From Fibrobacterales bacterium (GTDB lineage Bacteria; Fibrobacterota; Fibrobacteria; Fibrobacterales; JAOPTW01), in contig JAOPTX010000007.1 of NCBI GenBank assembly GCA_051532055.1, positions 200,440 to 264,439 on the forward strand: 64,000 nt of DNA, written 5' to 3'. Positions 32,524 to 42,562 of the stretch are shown here, piece by piece. The notes under the pieces were generated by a model that did no database searches, had not been told where the DNA came from, and saw nothing but the letters and a program-made list of their open reading frames with translations. The stretch's first letter is position 1, and each line of letters begins with the position of its first letter. A program made the translations under genes and the position numbers.

Positions 32524-32913
32524 ATGGCTACAGCAACTAAAAAAGCTGCTCCAAAAGCAGCTGCAAAAACAACAACGACAAAAGCTCCTGTAAAAGTAGC
32601 TGCAAAAGCAACTGCGAAAGCGGTTCCAAAAGCGGCAACAGTAAAAGCTCCTGCAAAAACTGCTTCTAAATCAGATGCATCTTTTGAATATTTTTCACCA
32701 GAGTCTTCTTCAGTCTACATAGCTGGATCATTCAGTAACTGGGAAATGAAAAAAATGAAAAAAGACAAAACGGGTAACTGGAAGTACAAAGCAAAAGTAC
32801 CTAAAGGCGAGCATCAGTATAAATATGTATTCGAAGGTGTTTCTTGGGAAATTGACAATTCTGCCCCGACAGTGAACACAGAGCTTGGACTTAATAATAT
32901 TATTAAGGTATAA
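32524..32913 (+). CDS. Glycogen-binding (CBM48/AMPK1_CBM-like) protein with Lys/Ala-rich N-terminal tail
   Basis: About 50-aa K/A/T/P tail, then VYIAGSFSNW...W...GEHQYKYV...W. Confidence 0.75.
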   Translation: MATATKKAAPKAAAKTTTTKAPVKVAAKATAKAVPKAATVKAPAKTASKSDASFEYFSPESSSVYIAGSFSNWEMKKMKKDKTGNWKYKAKVPKGEHQYKYVFEGVSWEIDNSAPTVNTELGLNNIIKV

Positions 32914-32929
32914 TGGCTTAGAATTAAGA

Positions 32930-32964
32930 AACAAAAAATGCCCGACATAAGTCGGGCATTTTTT
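32930..32964. repeat. 35-bp palindromic bidirectional terminator, copy A
   Basis: aacaaaaaatgcccgacataagtcgggcatttttt, identical to 38387-38421. Confidence 0.9.
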
Positions 32965-33021
32965 GTTTGATAGTAAATATGATTATCTACCTTTAGTAAA
33001 AACCTATCCCAATATACTCCC

Positions 33022-34764
33022 ATGTACAAAATTCTCTTCATCATCCTATTTTTAGGCACACCTCTCATATACCTTGACTCATTGATCGATCCCGTCTTAA
33101 CGTCAAGGCACTTTTTTATCTCTGCCTCTCTAAGCATAATGCTGCTATTCCTAATTAAGCACTATCGAAATAATTCAATCAAAGTACACATTGGCATTCC
33201 TCATTTTCTCTGGACAGGATATATACTCTTTTCAGCAATCTCCGTCACAAATGCCTACAACACTACTGATGCACTTTTTGAGCTCACGAAACTTCTATTA
33301 GTATTTGCACTACTCCTCACCTTTCAGTCAATTTTTGCGACACAATCTATCTCTGCTCATTTCATTTCAAGAATTATCACCCTCGTGACTTCATTTCAGG
33401 TACTCATCGGATACATTCAAAAATTAACCACACTCAACCTCTTTAATTCAAACCTAAATCAACTAGGCACTCTTACCCACCCAAACCAATACTCAGTACA
33501 TCTCTTACTTGCTCTCCCTTTCGTTATTTTTAATACCATACAATCTAAAGGAAAAGAAAAAATAGCGAGCTCACTCATACTATCCTTCATGACAATAATG
33601 TTTCTATTGTCCAAAACTCGGTCTGTTTGGGTAGCTCTTGCGATCATGTTACTTTGCACTATTATATACATTGTAAGAAACAAGAATATTACAGCCTCTC
33701 TATCCCGCTACTTAAAACTCCACTCTAGAGCTATATCCCTCTGGATACTTTTTACTATTACTTTAGGGGCAATATCCATTGCATCTGACATTAAAGATAT
33801 ATCTCAACATGTAACAGATTTAGCAGAAGCTCAATCATCGGGTCGATTTATGCTCTGGGGCTATAGCTGGAACATGATTCAAGAACACCCCTTTCTTGGT
33901 GTTGGAATTGGAAACTGGAAACTCAATATTCCCGTTCACGGATCCACCTTTTATCAAAGACCCCATAACGACTTTCTCTGGATACTTTCTGAATCAGGGC
34001 CCTTTGCACTACTGTCCTATATCTTCTTTATAGGTTACCTTCTCAAATCACTCTATCACTCAATTAGAAATAAGGCCCAAGTATTGACCAATCTTGAAAT
34101 TCCTATTATGCTCATGCTCATAGGATTTATTAGCGTTTCTCAATTTACTTTTCCAAAGGAACGTATACTTCACCTACTCTATTTTTCTTTAGCCACTTCT
34201 TATGTATTAAGTAAGAATAATTCGAAGTTTTCACTCACAATTAAAGCCTCTCACATATTGATATTTTCATTCATACTCACTGCTGGTATCACTTGGTTTG
34301 GATATAACCGATTGATGAATGAATATTCATTTAAGAACATCAACCCCGACACGACTTCCTGTGAATCCTATAGCAACATCAATCATTTTTTTTATAACAT
34401 GGACCAAACATCAACACCCATAGACTTCTATACGGGGTTATGCTACCTCAATCAAAAAAAAATGCGAAAGGCAAATAAACATTTTTTAATAGCTCATACA
34501 CTTTACCCAATGCACATAGACAACCATTTGAACTTGGCTACCAGTTATGGCTTTCTGAAAGAATATCAGTCGGGTGTTAATTCTTTTATAAAGCTTCTAG
34601 ATATTTATCCCCATTCCAATAAAGCTTTGATTAACCTAGCTGTACTCAATTATCATTTGAATGAAGTACAAAAAATTAGGTCTACTCTTGAGAGAGTAGA
34701 CCTAAGCAAACTAAGTGGTGACTTAAAAAGCACGTATGATATGTTACTGAGCATTACTCATTAG
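33022..34764 (+). CDS. O-antigen ligase (Wzy_C)-family membrane protein with C-terminal TPR-like region
   Basis: Many TMs, GTLTHPNQYS, SKTRS, GRFMLW, PFLGVGIGNW, PHNDFL. Confidence 0.82.
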   Translation: MYKILFIILFLGTPLIYLDSLIDPVLTSRHFFISASLSIMLLFLIKHYRNNSIKVHIGIPHFLWTGYILFSAISVTNAYNTTDALFELTKLLLVFALLLTFQSIFATQSISAHFISRIITLVTSFQVLIGYIQKLTTLNLFNSNLNQLGTLTHPNQYSVHLLLALPFVIFNTIQSKGKEKIASSLILSFMTIMFLLSKTRSVWVALAIMLLCTIIYIVRNKNITASLSRYLKLHSRAISLWILFTITLGAISIASDIKDISQHVTDLAEAQSSGRFMLWGYSWNMIQEHPFLGVGIGNWKLNIPVHGSTFYQRPHNDFLWILSESGPFALLSYIFFIGYLLKSLYHSIRNKAQVLTNLEIPIMLMLIGFISVSQFTFPKERILHLLYFSLATSYVLSKNNSKFSLTIKASHILIFSFILTAGITWFGYNRLMNEYSFKNINPDTTSCESYSNINHFFYNMDQTSTPIDFYTGLCYLNQKKMRKANKHFLIAHTLYPMHIDNHLNLATSYGFLKEYQSGVNSFIKLLDIYPHSNKALINLAVLNYHLNEVQKIRSTLERVDLSKLSGDLKSTYDMLLSITH

Positions 34765-37316
34765 GGAATTTTAAAACCTTTCATAACTCTTTTATTATCC
34801 CAATCATCATAAGTATAGAGAAAATATTCATCTGTAACAGCGATACTACCCCCGCTATATGTTGAACTTATCTTATCAATTGTTGTTTCAAGAAGATAAG
34901 AAGGAACAGTATTCCAGATAAGTCCATCCAAAGTATATTTTATATTTGACTGTCGCGAAATCTCATCATAATAGATGACTATCGATCTTTGACCATTCGT
35001 AGCAATCGTTGTTAATTGATCTGGGAACTCCGCATAATCTGCATCCCACAATGGTATATCTTCCCAAATCATATTAACCAAACACTTCCTTGCTTTTTGA
35101 TAAGAATAACAGAAATTGCCTTGATACTCAAACATATCTATCATTCCCCATGATGAACCAATTTCAATATCTATAAATTTATCCCAAGACACTCCATCAA
35201 TTGTTTTTTGAATATGGATTGTGCTATCTACATTTTGGGCTAAAAATATTGTATTCAGAAGATTAACAAATTTGCCCCCATTAGAAACATACCTTTTTAA
35301 TACTGTAGAATCCTCAAATATTGGCTCTATTATCTCCCAATTTTTTCCACCATCTGATCGCCACCCTTTAGCAATTTTACAGTATACCGCACTAGAGTCA
35401 TTCCAGTTACATGTATCACTAATCACATATGCTATAATTTCATCATTAATAAAATTTAGCCCTGCAGACTTTCCTTCAAATAGATCATGCGACTCCAAAG
35501 TCCAGGTCTTCAGGCCTTCAGATGACCAAACCCCAACATCATCATAGGTCACCCTACCTGTCACATATTTTTTCCCTGTAGTAATCTGACTAAAATTTGT
35601 TGCAGATCCTTGTGAATACTGCATGTCAGGTAGACTAAAGCTTAACAGCTCTACTTCTTTTCTCACAGAAACATATTTACTTGCAGTATCCCCAATGCTA
35701 TTTACTGCCCTAAAATGACATAAAACAGTTTCACGGTCTAGGCCAGGTCCTGTAATAAAAGTCGCTGTTAACCCTTCAACCCATTCACCATTGCCAATTT
35801 TCCACTCATTACTTACAACACCTTTCAAGCTCGTTGCATTGGCCGTAACTGTGACAGATGTATTAGGGGCAACAACAGTATCACCACTCACCGTTACGAT
35901 TGGATTAAAAATTGATGGTGGCGCTGTATTGATAGTATTAGACTCTGTACTCCGCCCTGTAATTGGTAATTCTCCACTTGATGGAATTAAAACCTGAGCA
36001 CTCACTCGATAAGCATAGGTTGGATAGCTCACATCTAGAGCTGTTAACTCCTGCATCTTCTGAACTTCATATAAATATTGCCAATCATATGATGCTGTAT
36101 CCACGGTAACACTCTCATTTGTCTGATAAAGAATATCTATCATAGTCGTTCCAGAAAAACTTTCAACAATAGTATCAGAAGAATCCCACTGATTTATAGA
36201 GTCATTCATCTCAACCCTCTCCACCATATAAGACACCACTAACGAATCAGGAATAGAGTCCCAAGTAATAGTGGCTACCCCTAAAAGAGTATCATATACT
36301 GCTACCACATTAACCGGAACCGGGATAAGTACTTTCGGGCTTTGTACAGCCAGAATACTCTTCCCATAAGCACTCCCATCCATAGATGACCCATCGAGAT
36401 TACTATAGCTACTTCTTACTCGTACTCTATATTCCAAACTGTGTGATGTAGTATCAGATAGCGTAAATATTGTATCCCCAGTGGCCCCATATACTACGTC
36501 ATTAAACTGTGGCTCTATAGTCCTGCCAACTAAAATCCACTGAGGCTCTAAGTTACTCCCAAGATTACGCTCTACAAGATACTCTTGAAAGTGCTCATAA
36601 CTAACTGGAGTCCAAGTCACCGTTACTCCACCCGATGCTCCATTATACACCGCCTCAACATTTTCTGGAATAGGAATGCTGTTATACTGAAGCTCTATAG
36701 GTTCAGCTATTATTGTAGGTAATCCCGATTGAACTTGAACGGTAAGAACCGTATTACTAAAATACTCTTGATTTGGAATCAACATCAATGTGTAGGTACC
36801 TTCAGGGACATCAGTAATTGCAAAAGTACCCGTATCTGATAAGTTCACATACATTGACGTACCAACAAGATAGGCCATTACAGCACTCGGCTTGAGAAGT
36901 TCAACTCTTTTTCGAATTTCACCACTAATAGAACCTGGAATTTTTAATCCAATATCTCTACGAAGGTCTGTATCAGGAGAGATAATAAGAGAATCTACAA
37001 AAGCCGATTCTGTAAGTGATTTTGCTACGATAGTGTACGTATTTTGCTCAGTAACATTAAATGAGTAATTACCATTTGCATCGGTAAGAGTTTGTTGTAC
37101 CGGTACGGGAGGTGCACCAAGACTATCAACTCCCCGCTTTGCTACAAACAATTGTACTTCTGCACCTGCAACGGTAATATTGTCTGAGGCAATAATTTTA
37201 CCCCCCATATTACCTGTTTCTGTGCCACCGCCAGCACTATCATCACCATTAATCGCACTACACGATGTAACAACAACACTTATAAACATTAAAAAGATCC
37301 ATTTTAAATTAAGCAT
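34761..37316 (-). CDS. Large lipoprotein: carboxypeptidase-regulatory-like, two FN3-like and Asp-box-like domains
   Basis: Lipobox VVTSC, GGGTETGN, TDANGNYSF, duplicated IP.P.NV.AVY...TW..Y.VER, four (S/T)xxGxxW motifs. SD GGAGG precedes the ATG at 37316. Confidence 0.72.
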   Translation of the reverse strand: MLNLKWIFLMFISVVVTSCSAINGDDSAGGGTETGNMGGKIIASDNITVAGAEVQLFVAKRGVDSLGAPPVPVQQTLTDANGNYSFNVTEQNTYTIVAKSLTESAFVDSLIISPDTDLRRDIGLKIPGSISGEIRKRVELLKPSAVMAYLVGTSMYVNLSDTGTFAITDVPEGTYTLMLIPNQEYFSNTVLTVQVQSGLPTIIAEPIELQYNSIPIPENVEAVYNGASGGVTVTWTPVSYEHFQEYLVERNLGSNLEPQWILVGRTIEPQFNDVVYGATGDTIFTLSDTTSHSLEYRVRVRSSYSNLDGSSMDGSAYGKSILAVQSPKVLIPVPVNVVAVYDTLLGVATITWDSIPDSLVVSYMVERVEMNDSINQWDSSDTIVESFSGTTMIDILYQTNESVTVDTASYDWQYLYEVQKMQELTALDVSYPTYAYRVSAQVLIPSSGELPITGRSTESNTINTAPPSIFNPIVTVSGDTVVAPNTSVTVTANATSLKGVVSNEWKIGNGEWVEGLTATFITGPGLDRETVLCHFRAVNSIGDTASKYVSVRKEVELLSFSLPDMQYSQGSATNFSQITTGKKYVTGRVTYDDVGVWSSEGLKTWTLESHDLFEGKSAGLNFINDEIIAYVISDTCNWNDSSAVYCKIAKGWRSDGGKNWEIIEPIFEDSTVLKRYVSNGGKFVNLLNTIFLAQNVDSTIHIQKTIDGVSWDKFIDIEIGSSWGMIDMFEYQGNFCYSYQKARKCLVNMIWEDIPLWDADYAEFPDQLTTIATNGQRSIVIYYDEISRQSNIKYTLDGLIWNTVPSYLLETTIDKISSTYSGGSIAVTDEYFLYTYDDWDNKRVMKGFKIP

Positions 37317-38166
37317 GTTTGCCTCCCTCATATTTTTTACTCAGTGGAAAAAGTTGAAAATTAATTTGATAGACTCGTTCTTCATCAGAATCAGATTGAG
37401 CCTCTTTTAAAAGTTGTTTACGAGTATCTTGTAGAACTTGTTTCGCTTTACTAAACCCTTTCTTGGATAAACTCAATGAAAGGGTAGATATATCTCTCTG
37501 ATCTGCGGGAAAGGTATCTAATGCTCTTTTAGCAAGCTCCATAGTCTCTAACTGAAAATTTTCTAGTTCTAAATTGTGAAATGTTTCATTACCGGTAGTA
37601 AGAGTATTAGATGTTTGATTAAACACTCCCTCTTCATTTTCAGAAATAATATTGAGGCGTTGTTGAAGCTCAACAGACTCTTTGGCCTCTTTTTCTGTAA
37701 TAGCAGGAACCAACTGCTTAGATAGGTCACGATAATTTCCATCGAATGGAAAATAGTAGAGCATTTCACGTATGGCTATATGGTACCACTTCGAAAAATA
37801 CTCATACATGTTTTTGTTAATCAGATTCATATTAACCTTCTTGTTATTGAGTAATCGTTTGTAATACCGGTTTTTCTCATCGACAGTCTTCGCCTGATTA
37901 AAGAAAACGAGGTTTTCGAAATAATCTGCTTCGAATTTATCAAAAGAAAGTGCAGTTACACATCCATCTAAATGTTTAGATGATATATTTCTGCGACCAG
38001 AAATGATGTCAGAGAGGAATCCATGCGATTTTAGACCTAATTTAAGTGCAAAATAGCGCTGAGAAAACTTTTTGTTCTCTTTTTTCATCATTTCGTAGTA
38101 ATCCTTTATGTAAAGGCGAAAGTCTGCGTAATTAAAAATTGATATTACTGTATTGTTCATACCCAT
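37309..38166 (-). CDS. TIGR02147-family protein (N-terminal HTH-like region, DUF4423-like)
   Basis: IFNYADFRLYIKDYY, FSQRYFA...G.S...II.G.R, WYHIAIRE, RDISTLS, VYQINFQLFPL. Confidence 0.85.
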   Translation of the reverse strand: MGMNNTVISIFNYADFRLYIKDYYEMMKKENKKFSQRYFALKLGLKSHGFLSDIISGRRNISSKHLDGCVTALSFDKFEADYFENLVFFNQAKTVDEKNRYYKRLLNNKKVNMNLINKNMYEYFSKWYHIAIREMLYYFPFDGNYRDLSKQLVPAITEKEAKESVELQQRLNIISENEEGVFNQTSNTLTTGNETFHNLELENFQLETMELAKRALDTFPADQRDISTLSLSLSKKGFSKAKQVLQDTRKQLLKEAQSDSDEERVYQINFQLFPLSKKYEGGKHA

Positions 38167-38386
38167 AGTATAGGTTTCTCACAATGTGTTTTACATGATC
38201 TGGTCGTAAATGTAGAATCTTCTTCACTCAATTTGCGACCACTTTTTAACATATCAATTAGACGAGTATAATGAATGAACGGTGCCAGAATGAACGAATT
38301 TTATCAGATTACTGAATCTTTTTAGCTTTTTTAGCGCATCCATGATCTCATAATACATAATCACGACATTCAACTAAATGGTTCAC

Positions 38387-38421
38387 AACAAAAAATGCCC
38401 GACATAAGTCGGGCATTTTTT
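38387..38421. repeat. 35-bp palindromic bidirectional terminator, copy B
   Basis: Identical to 32930-32964; lies just after the lysA stop. Confidence 0.9.
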
Positions 38422-38441
38422 AATCTCTATTTTTAGTAATT

Positions 38442-39698
38442 CTAAACTTCAGAAAAGTCCAAAGTCGCAAAGTGATCTTCAATAGTCTCTGCACGACGAA
38501 TCAATTTCACCGACCCATCATCTTGAAGCAACAACTCAGCAGAACGAAGTTTTGCATTGTAGTTAAAGCCCATCGAATGTCCATGAGCACCCGTATCATG
38601 AATCACTACTAGGTCACCCGATTCAATCTCAGGAAGCTTACGGTCAATGGCAAACTTATCATTATTCTCACACAGTGAACCCGTCACATCATATGTTACA
38701 GTCGCTTCATCATTTTCTTTACCAGCTACAGTGACATGGTGATACGAACCATAGAGCGCTGGGCGCATAAGGTTTGTCATGCATGAATCAAGCCCTGCAT
38801 AGGTTTTATACGTCTTCTTAATATGAAGACACTCAGATACCAAATAGCCATAAGGGCCTGTAACCATACGACCACATTCCATCACTATTTTAAATGGGTT
38901 AATACCATTGGCAATAATTTTTTCATCATAATATGCTTTAATCTTATCAGATATTTCTTGAAGTGATGGCTGTTTTTCTTCTGGCTTATAAGCCACACCG
39001 ATGCCACCACCAAGGTTTGCAAATTCAAATTCAATACCAACTTCTTTATGCACGCGAACAACCATATCAAATAAGATACCTGCAGTCTCTGCAAAATAGT
39101 CAGGGTTAATTTCGTTTGACGCAACCATCGTATGGAGACCAAAACGCTTAACTCCTTTCTCTTTTAAGACCTTAAAGCCTTCAACAATTTGATCGGCAGT
39201 AAACCCATATTTTGCATCCTCAGGTTTACCAATAATATCGTTCCCTTCTTTTAATGAACCAGGGTTATAACGAAAGCATACAAGATCAGGAAGACCACCA
39301 CACTCTTTTTCTAAAAAGTCGATATGAGTAATATCATCAAGGTTAATGATCGCTCCCGCTTTTTTCGCCTCAACATACTCATACACCGGGGTATCATTAG
39401 AAGTAAAAATGATGTCTTCACCAGTTATACCTGACTTCTCAGAAAGAAGAATCTCAGGGTATGAAGAACAATCTGCCCCCATACCTTCCTCTTTAAGGAT
39501 TTTTAAAATGTATGGATTTGGAAGTGCTTTAACTGCATAAAAGTTCTTAAACCCACCAGGAACCCAATCAAATGCCTTTTTAAACTCTTGCGCGTTTGTA
39601 CGAATCGCCTTCTCATCATAAATATGAAAAGGTGTTGGATGTTCAGCAACAATATCGTTAAGCTGCTGAGCGCTAAAGGGGAGAGTTTTTTGAGACAT
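38442..39698 (-). CDS. lysA: Diaminopimelate decarboxylase
   Basis: YAVKA, NLGGGIG, ECGR, GSLCENND, HDTGAHG. SD GGAGG precedes the ATG at 39698. Confidence 0.9.
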   Translation of the reverse strand: MSQKTLPFSAQQLNDIVAEHPTPFHIYDEKAIRTNAQEFKKAFDWVPGGFKNFYAVKALPNPYILKILKEEGMGADCSSYPEILLSEKSGITGEDIIFTSNDTPVYEYVEAKKAGAIINLDDITHIDFLEKECGGLPDLVCFRYNPGSLKEGNDIIGKPEDAKYGFTADQIVEGFKVLKEKGVKRFGLHTMVASNEINPDYFAETAGILFDMVVRVHKEVGIEFEFANLGGGIGVAYKPEEKQPSLQEISDKIKAYYDEKIIANGINPFKIVMECGRMVTGPYGYLVSECLHIKKTYKTYAGLDSCMTNLMRPALYGSYHHVTVAGKENDEATVTYDVTGSLCENNDKFAIDRKLPEIESGDLVVIHDTGAHGHSMGFNYNAKLRSAELLLQDDGSVKLIRRAETIEDHFATLDFSEV

Positions 39699-39858
39699 AG
39701 GTCCTCCAAGGTTCAATGGGGTATAAAGATACTTACCATACGCCCATTAGTCAATTACCCGCGGACTCTAGCCTCAATTGATGACGGAATTGTACAAATA
39801 GTACAAGATTGTCACATGCTCAATTTTCTCAATACTAAACCGATTTGGAGAGCGTATC

Positions 39859-40623
39859 TTAAAATATATAAGAGTAATGACAACTCACATTTTGTTCTAG
39901 CTGTGCTTTCTCATTAAGATGATGCCGTGAATAAGAGTGTTGATACTGAACGCTCATTTCATGATGGCTAAAAATTCTATACCGAATAGCTCCAAATCCA
40001 TAGATTTTATCAGATTCCGGTGAACGCCAAATATCTTTTGGGTCATCATACCGGTAGAGATAATAGTACCCTACTCCGCTTTCAAATGAAAAGCCTTGGT
40101 CTAACTGGTACCCTACTTTGAGAGTAACGTCAGTAGGGTGATAATCAATGTCTTGTGAAAATTGCGGTGTATACTCCATCAACCCTTCACCCCAAATCCT
40201 CTCTGAAAAACGATATTTCACCCTCGGCGCCACAGTATATTGATGCCAAAAGTCATCCTTTTGGCTATAGCCTATTGCCGTCATCCCTAATAATATACTC
40301 CAATGAAGCTTCTCTTTAATTAAGGCCCCTTCCTCATCCAACTGTGGGTCAGTTAAAAGAACACGCCATAACAATGGCCATAAATGACGCTCCCATCGAG
40401 GGGAAACATCATTCCACACATCCAGTCCAGATAAAGGATCGACATCTATATTTTTACTATTAAGAAGGCCAGAAGAGTCTATTGGTATTGTCAAGCTGGT
40501 TGTAATCCTTGAATAATCACCAACATTTTTAACGGGACGATCAATTTCATTTTGAAAATTATTGTGACTGGTCATACTACATGCACTTAATGTAATGATA
40601 CACCAGAGTAGAAAAGCTTTCAT
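39859..40623 (-). CDS. Hypothetical exported protein, lipobox plus beta-barrel-like C-terminus
   Basis: LSAC lipobox, alternating aromatic strands, ends YSYIF. Confidence 0.55.
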   Translation of the reverse strand: MKAFLLWCIITLSACSMTSHNNFQNEIDRPVKNVGDYSRITTSLTIPIDSSGLLNSKNIDVDPLSGLDVWNDVSPRWERHLWPLLWRVLLTDPQLDEEGALIKEKLHWSILLGMTAIGYSQKDDFWHQYTVAPRVKYRFSERIWGEGLMEYTPQFSQDIDYHPTDVTLKVGYQLDQGFSFESGVGYYYLYRYDDPKDIWRSPESDKIYGFGAIRYRIFSHHEMSVQYQHSYSRHHLNEKAQLEQNVSCHYSYIF

Positions 40624-40658
40624 TCTATAGCCCTTAAATTACTAAACAGGGAGAATAT

Positions 40659-40684
40659 AAAAAAAGCCTTCAAAAGAAGGCTTT
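40659..40684 (-). terminator. Rho-independent terminator
   Basis: Minus strand: aaagccttc-tttt-gaaggcttttttt. Confidence 0.7.
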
Positions 40685-40702
40685 AAGACTGAATTGAGAA
40701 CA

Positions 40703-42562
40703 TTAGAATTCTGTTAAAAACTTCTTAATCTTCTCTTCAATATTCGAAATTTTTTCATCAAACCGAGTCACATTCTCTTCAAACTGTGCATAGATCGAAT
40801 CGAACCGCTCCTCTTCTCTTTTGATTATTGTCGAGATTGATGCGAGGTTTTCATCTTTATACGCTGTTGCGTTGAGCGCCATTTCTTTACAGTATTCAAG
40901 GCCCGCTTTTAAGTTATTCTTAAAGGCAACCAATGTCCGAACCTCTTCTGACGTATGAGCACAATCACGAACTTGCTCTCCGAAGTAATCAACATACATA
41001 GTCACCTCTTTCGCAAACATATGAGGACGTTCTGGAGATACTAAAGAATCTATTTTACCATAAATATGTTCAATCATCTCTTGTAGTGAGTAGTCGCGTG
41101 TAAACCATGCGGCATTTGGTCCAGGACAAATTGATTGTGGGGCCTTAGCTTCATTCGCCTCGCCAAGTAATATAAGCGCACCGTTACCAAGGTTATGGCA
41201 GATACACTGCTTTGCATGAACATTTGATACTGCTTTCTCTTTCTCTTCTACAGTTAACGTACCTGTTTCAATCTGTTCAAGCTTCTCTTTTTGATATTTT
41301 TTCGAAGCAGTACAAATAGGCTTTTCGCTAAACTCGCTATTAAATTTAATGAAGCCCTTAGGGCAACCAGAACCAGGTGTTCCTTTGTCAATATTACTCT
41401 GTGTCCAAAGACCAGATCCTGAGCCAACAATATTGTTAAATGGTACTCCAAGTGGTGATGCAGGACTGAGATAGAAATCCTTTTCAGTCCCGTTCTTTAA
41501 AAGCGTTCTCGTCGTATCGTCAATTGGTGTCGCTTCTGGTACGAATAAAAATGGGCTCGCCCAACCAACCTTATCCATATTATATTCATTGAGAAGACGT
41601 TGATTTTCACCAGCAGTACCAATACCACCCTGTACAGTTATCAGCGGTGAATTCTCTTCGCCAACAAATGGCCAATCCATCTTTTTATAAAACTTTTTCA
41701 CCATAGGCATTACTTTTGAAGCAAGCTGTTCACGGTTATCTTTAAACTCCTGCATAATTACAGGGAGTAGGTATCCATTAGAGGCAAATGCATGTCCACC
41801 ACAGTTTAACCCCGATTCTATACGATACTCTGATACTTCAATACCTTTACGTGCTATAAACTTTCCTTGAATCAGTGATGAGCGATAATCACTTACCTTA
41901 ATGACAACACGTTTTTTAATATGACCCGTCGCATCTCTAAAAAAGTCTTTAAACGTACTCATGTAGCTAAAGAGACGTTGATTCATACCTGCTGAAAAGA
42001 TGATGGCCGAGTCAAGCTTCGATTCAGCATAGCCTCTGAGGGCCGCATTTGCGTCACTATACTCATCAGGAAGCATATCACCATTAGAATCGTAATTACT
42101 CTTATCGAGTTTTACCATGATATTAACATCTATTGAGCCTGCAACCATACGTTCCGTAATTTCATTCTCTAATGCAGAACGTTCATTACCTGTAGACATT
42201 GTCAACATTCTGATATAATCAATCTTGAGAGGGGCGGTTTCCGGCAAAAGATCAAAGTATTTTTTCTTCTCATTATCTTCACCAAAGGGGAGCTCTTTTA
42301 TCCCATTGAATTTAATAGCAACCACATCATCAACAACATTCAGATAGGCCGTTATTCTCTTTGCCCTACCATCCACTGTTGCATTTCCAATCTTTTCATA
42401 CGGCAATCCAAATTCTTCACAGTAGTGTTTTCTCACCTGCTCACACAGCTTATCATCAACCAATGAAATTACTGATGAGATACCAAAGGGTGCTACTCGA
42501 ATAGGGGTATCTAATGAGTGTCCTGTTCCCATAACGGGAATATGAAATAAGTGCTGATACAT
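40703..42562 (-). CDS. Conserved hypothetical protein, possible FMN TIM-barrel/Fe-S oxidoreductase
   Basis: FHIPVMG, IFSAG, ESGLNCGGHAF, QGGIGT, SPLGVPF, Cys cluster CPKG/ICTA/CIC/ICPG. Confidence 0.6.
   Translation of the reverse strand: MYQHLFHIPVMGTGHSLDTPIRVAPFGISSVISLVDDKLCEQVRKHYCEEFGLPYEKIGNATVDGRAKRITAYLNVVDDVVAIKFNGIKELPFGEDNEKKKYFDLLPETAPLKIDYIRMLTMSTGNERSALENEITERMVAGSIDVNIMVKLDKSNYDSNGDMLPDEYSDANAALRGYAESKLDSAIIFSAGMNQRLFSYMSTFKDFFRDATGHIKKRVVIKVSDYRSSLIQGKFIARKGIEVSEYRIESGLNCGGHAFASNGYLLPVIMQEFKDNREQLASKVMPMVKKFYKKMDWPFVGEENSPLITVQGGIGTAGENQRLLNEYNMDKVGWASPFLFVPEATPIDDTTRTLLKNGTEKDFYLSPASPLGVPFNNIVGSGSGLWTQSNIDKGTPGSGCPKGFIKFNSEFSEKPICTASKKYQKEKLEQIETGTLTVEEKEKAVSNVHAKQCICHNLGNGALILLGEANEAKAPQSICPGPNAAWFTRDYSLQEMIEHIYGKIDSLVSPERPHMFAKEVTMYVDYFGEQVRDCAHTSEEVRTLVAFKNNLKAGLEYCKEMALNATAYKDENLASISTIIKREEERFDSIYAQFEENVTRFDEKISNIEEKIKKFLTEF

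Noticed and set aside
39720..39858. Lysine riboswitch, or a third ERIC-like copy, upstream of lysA (hairpin ttgtac-aaata-gtacaa)
   Set aside because: Too short for a lysine riboswitch and lacks its motifs; lacks the AGGCG/AAC anchors and outer IR arms of the element.
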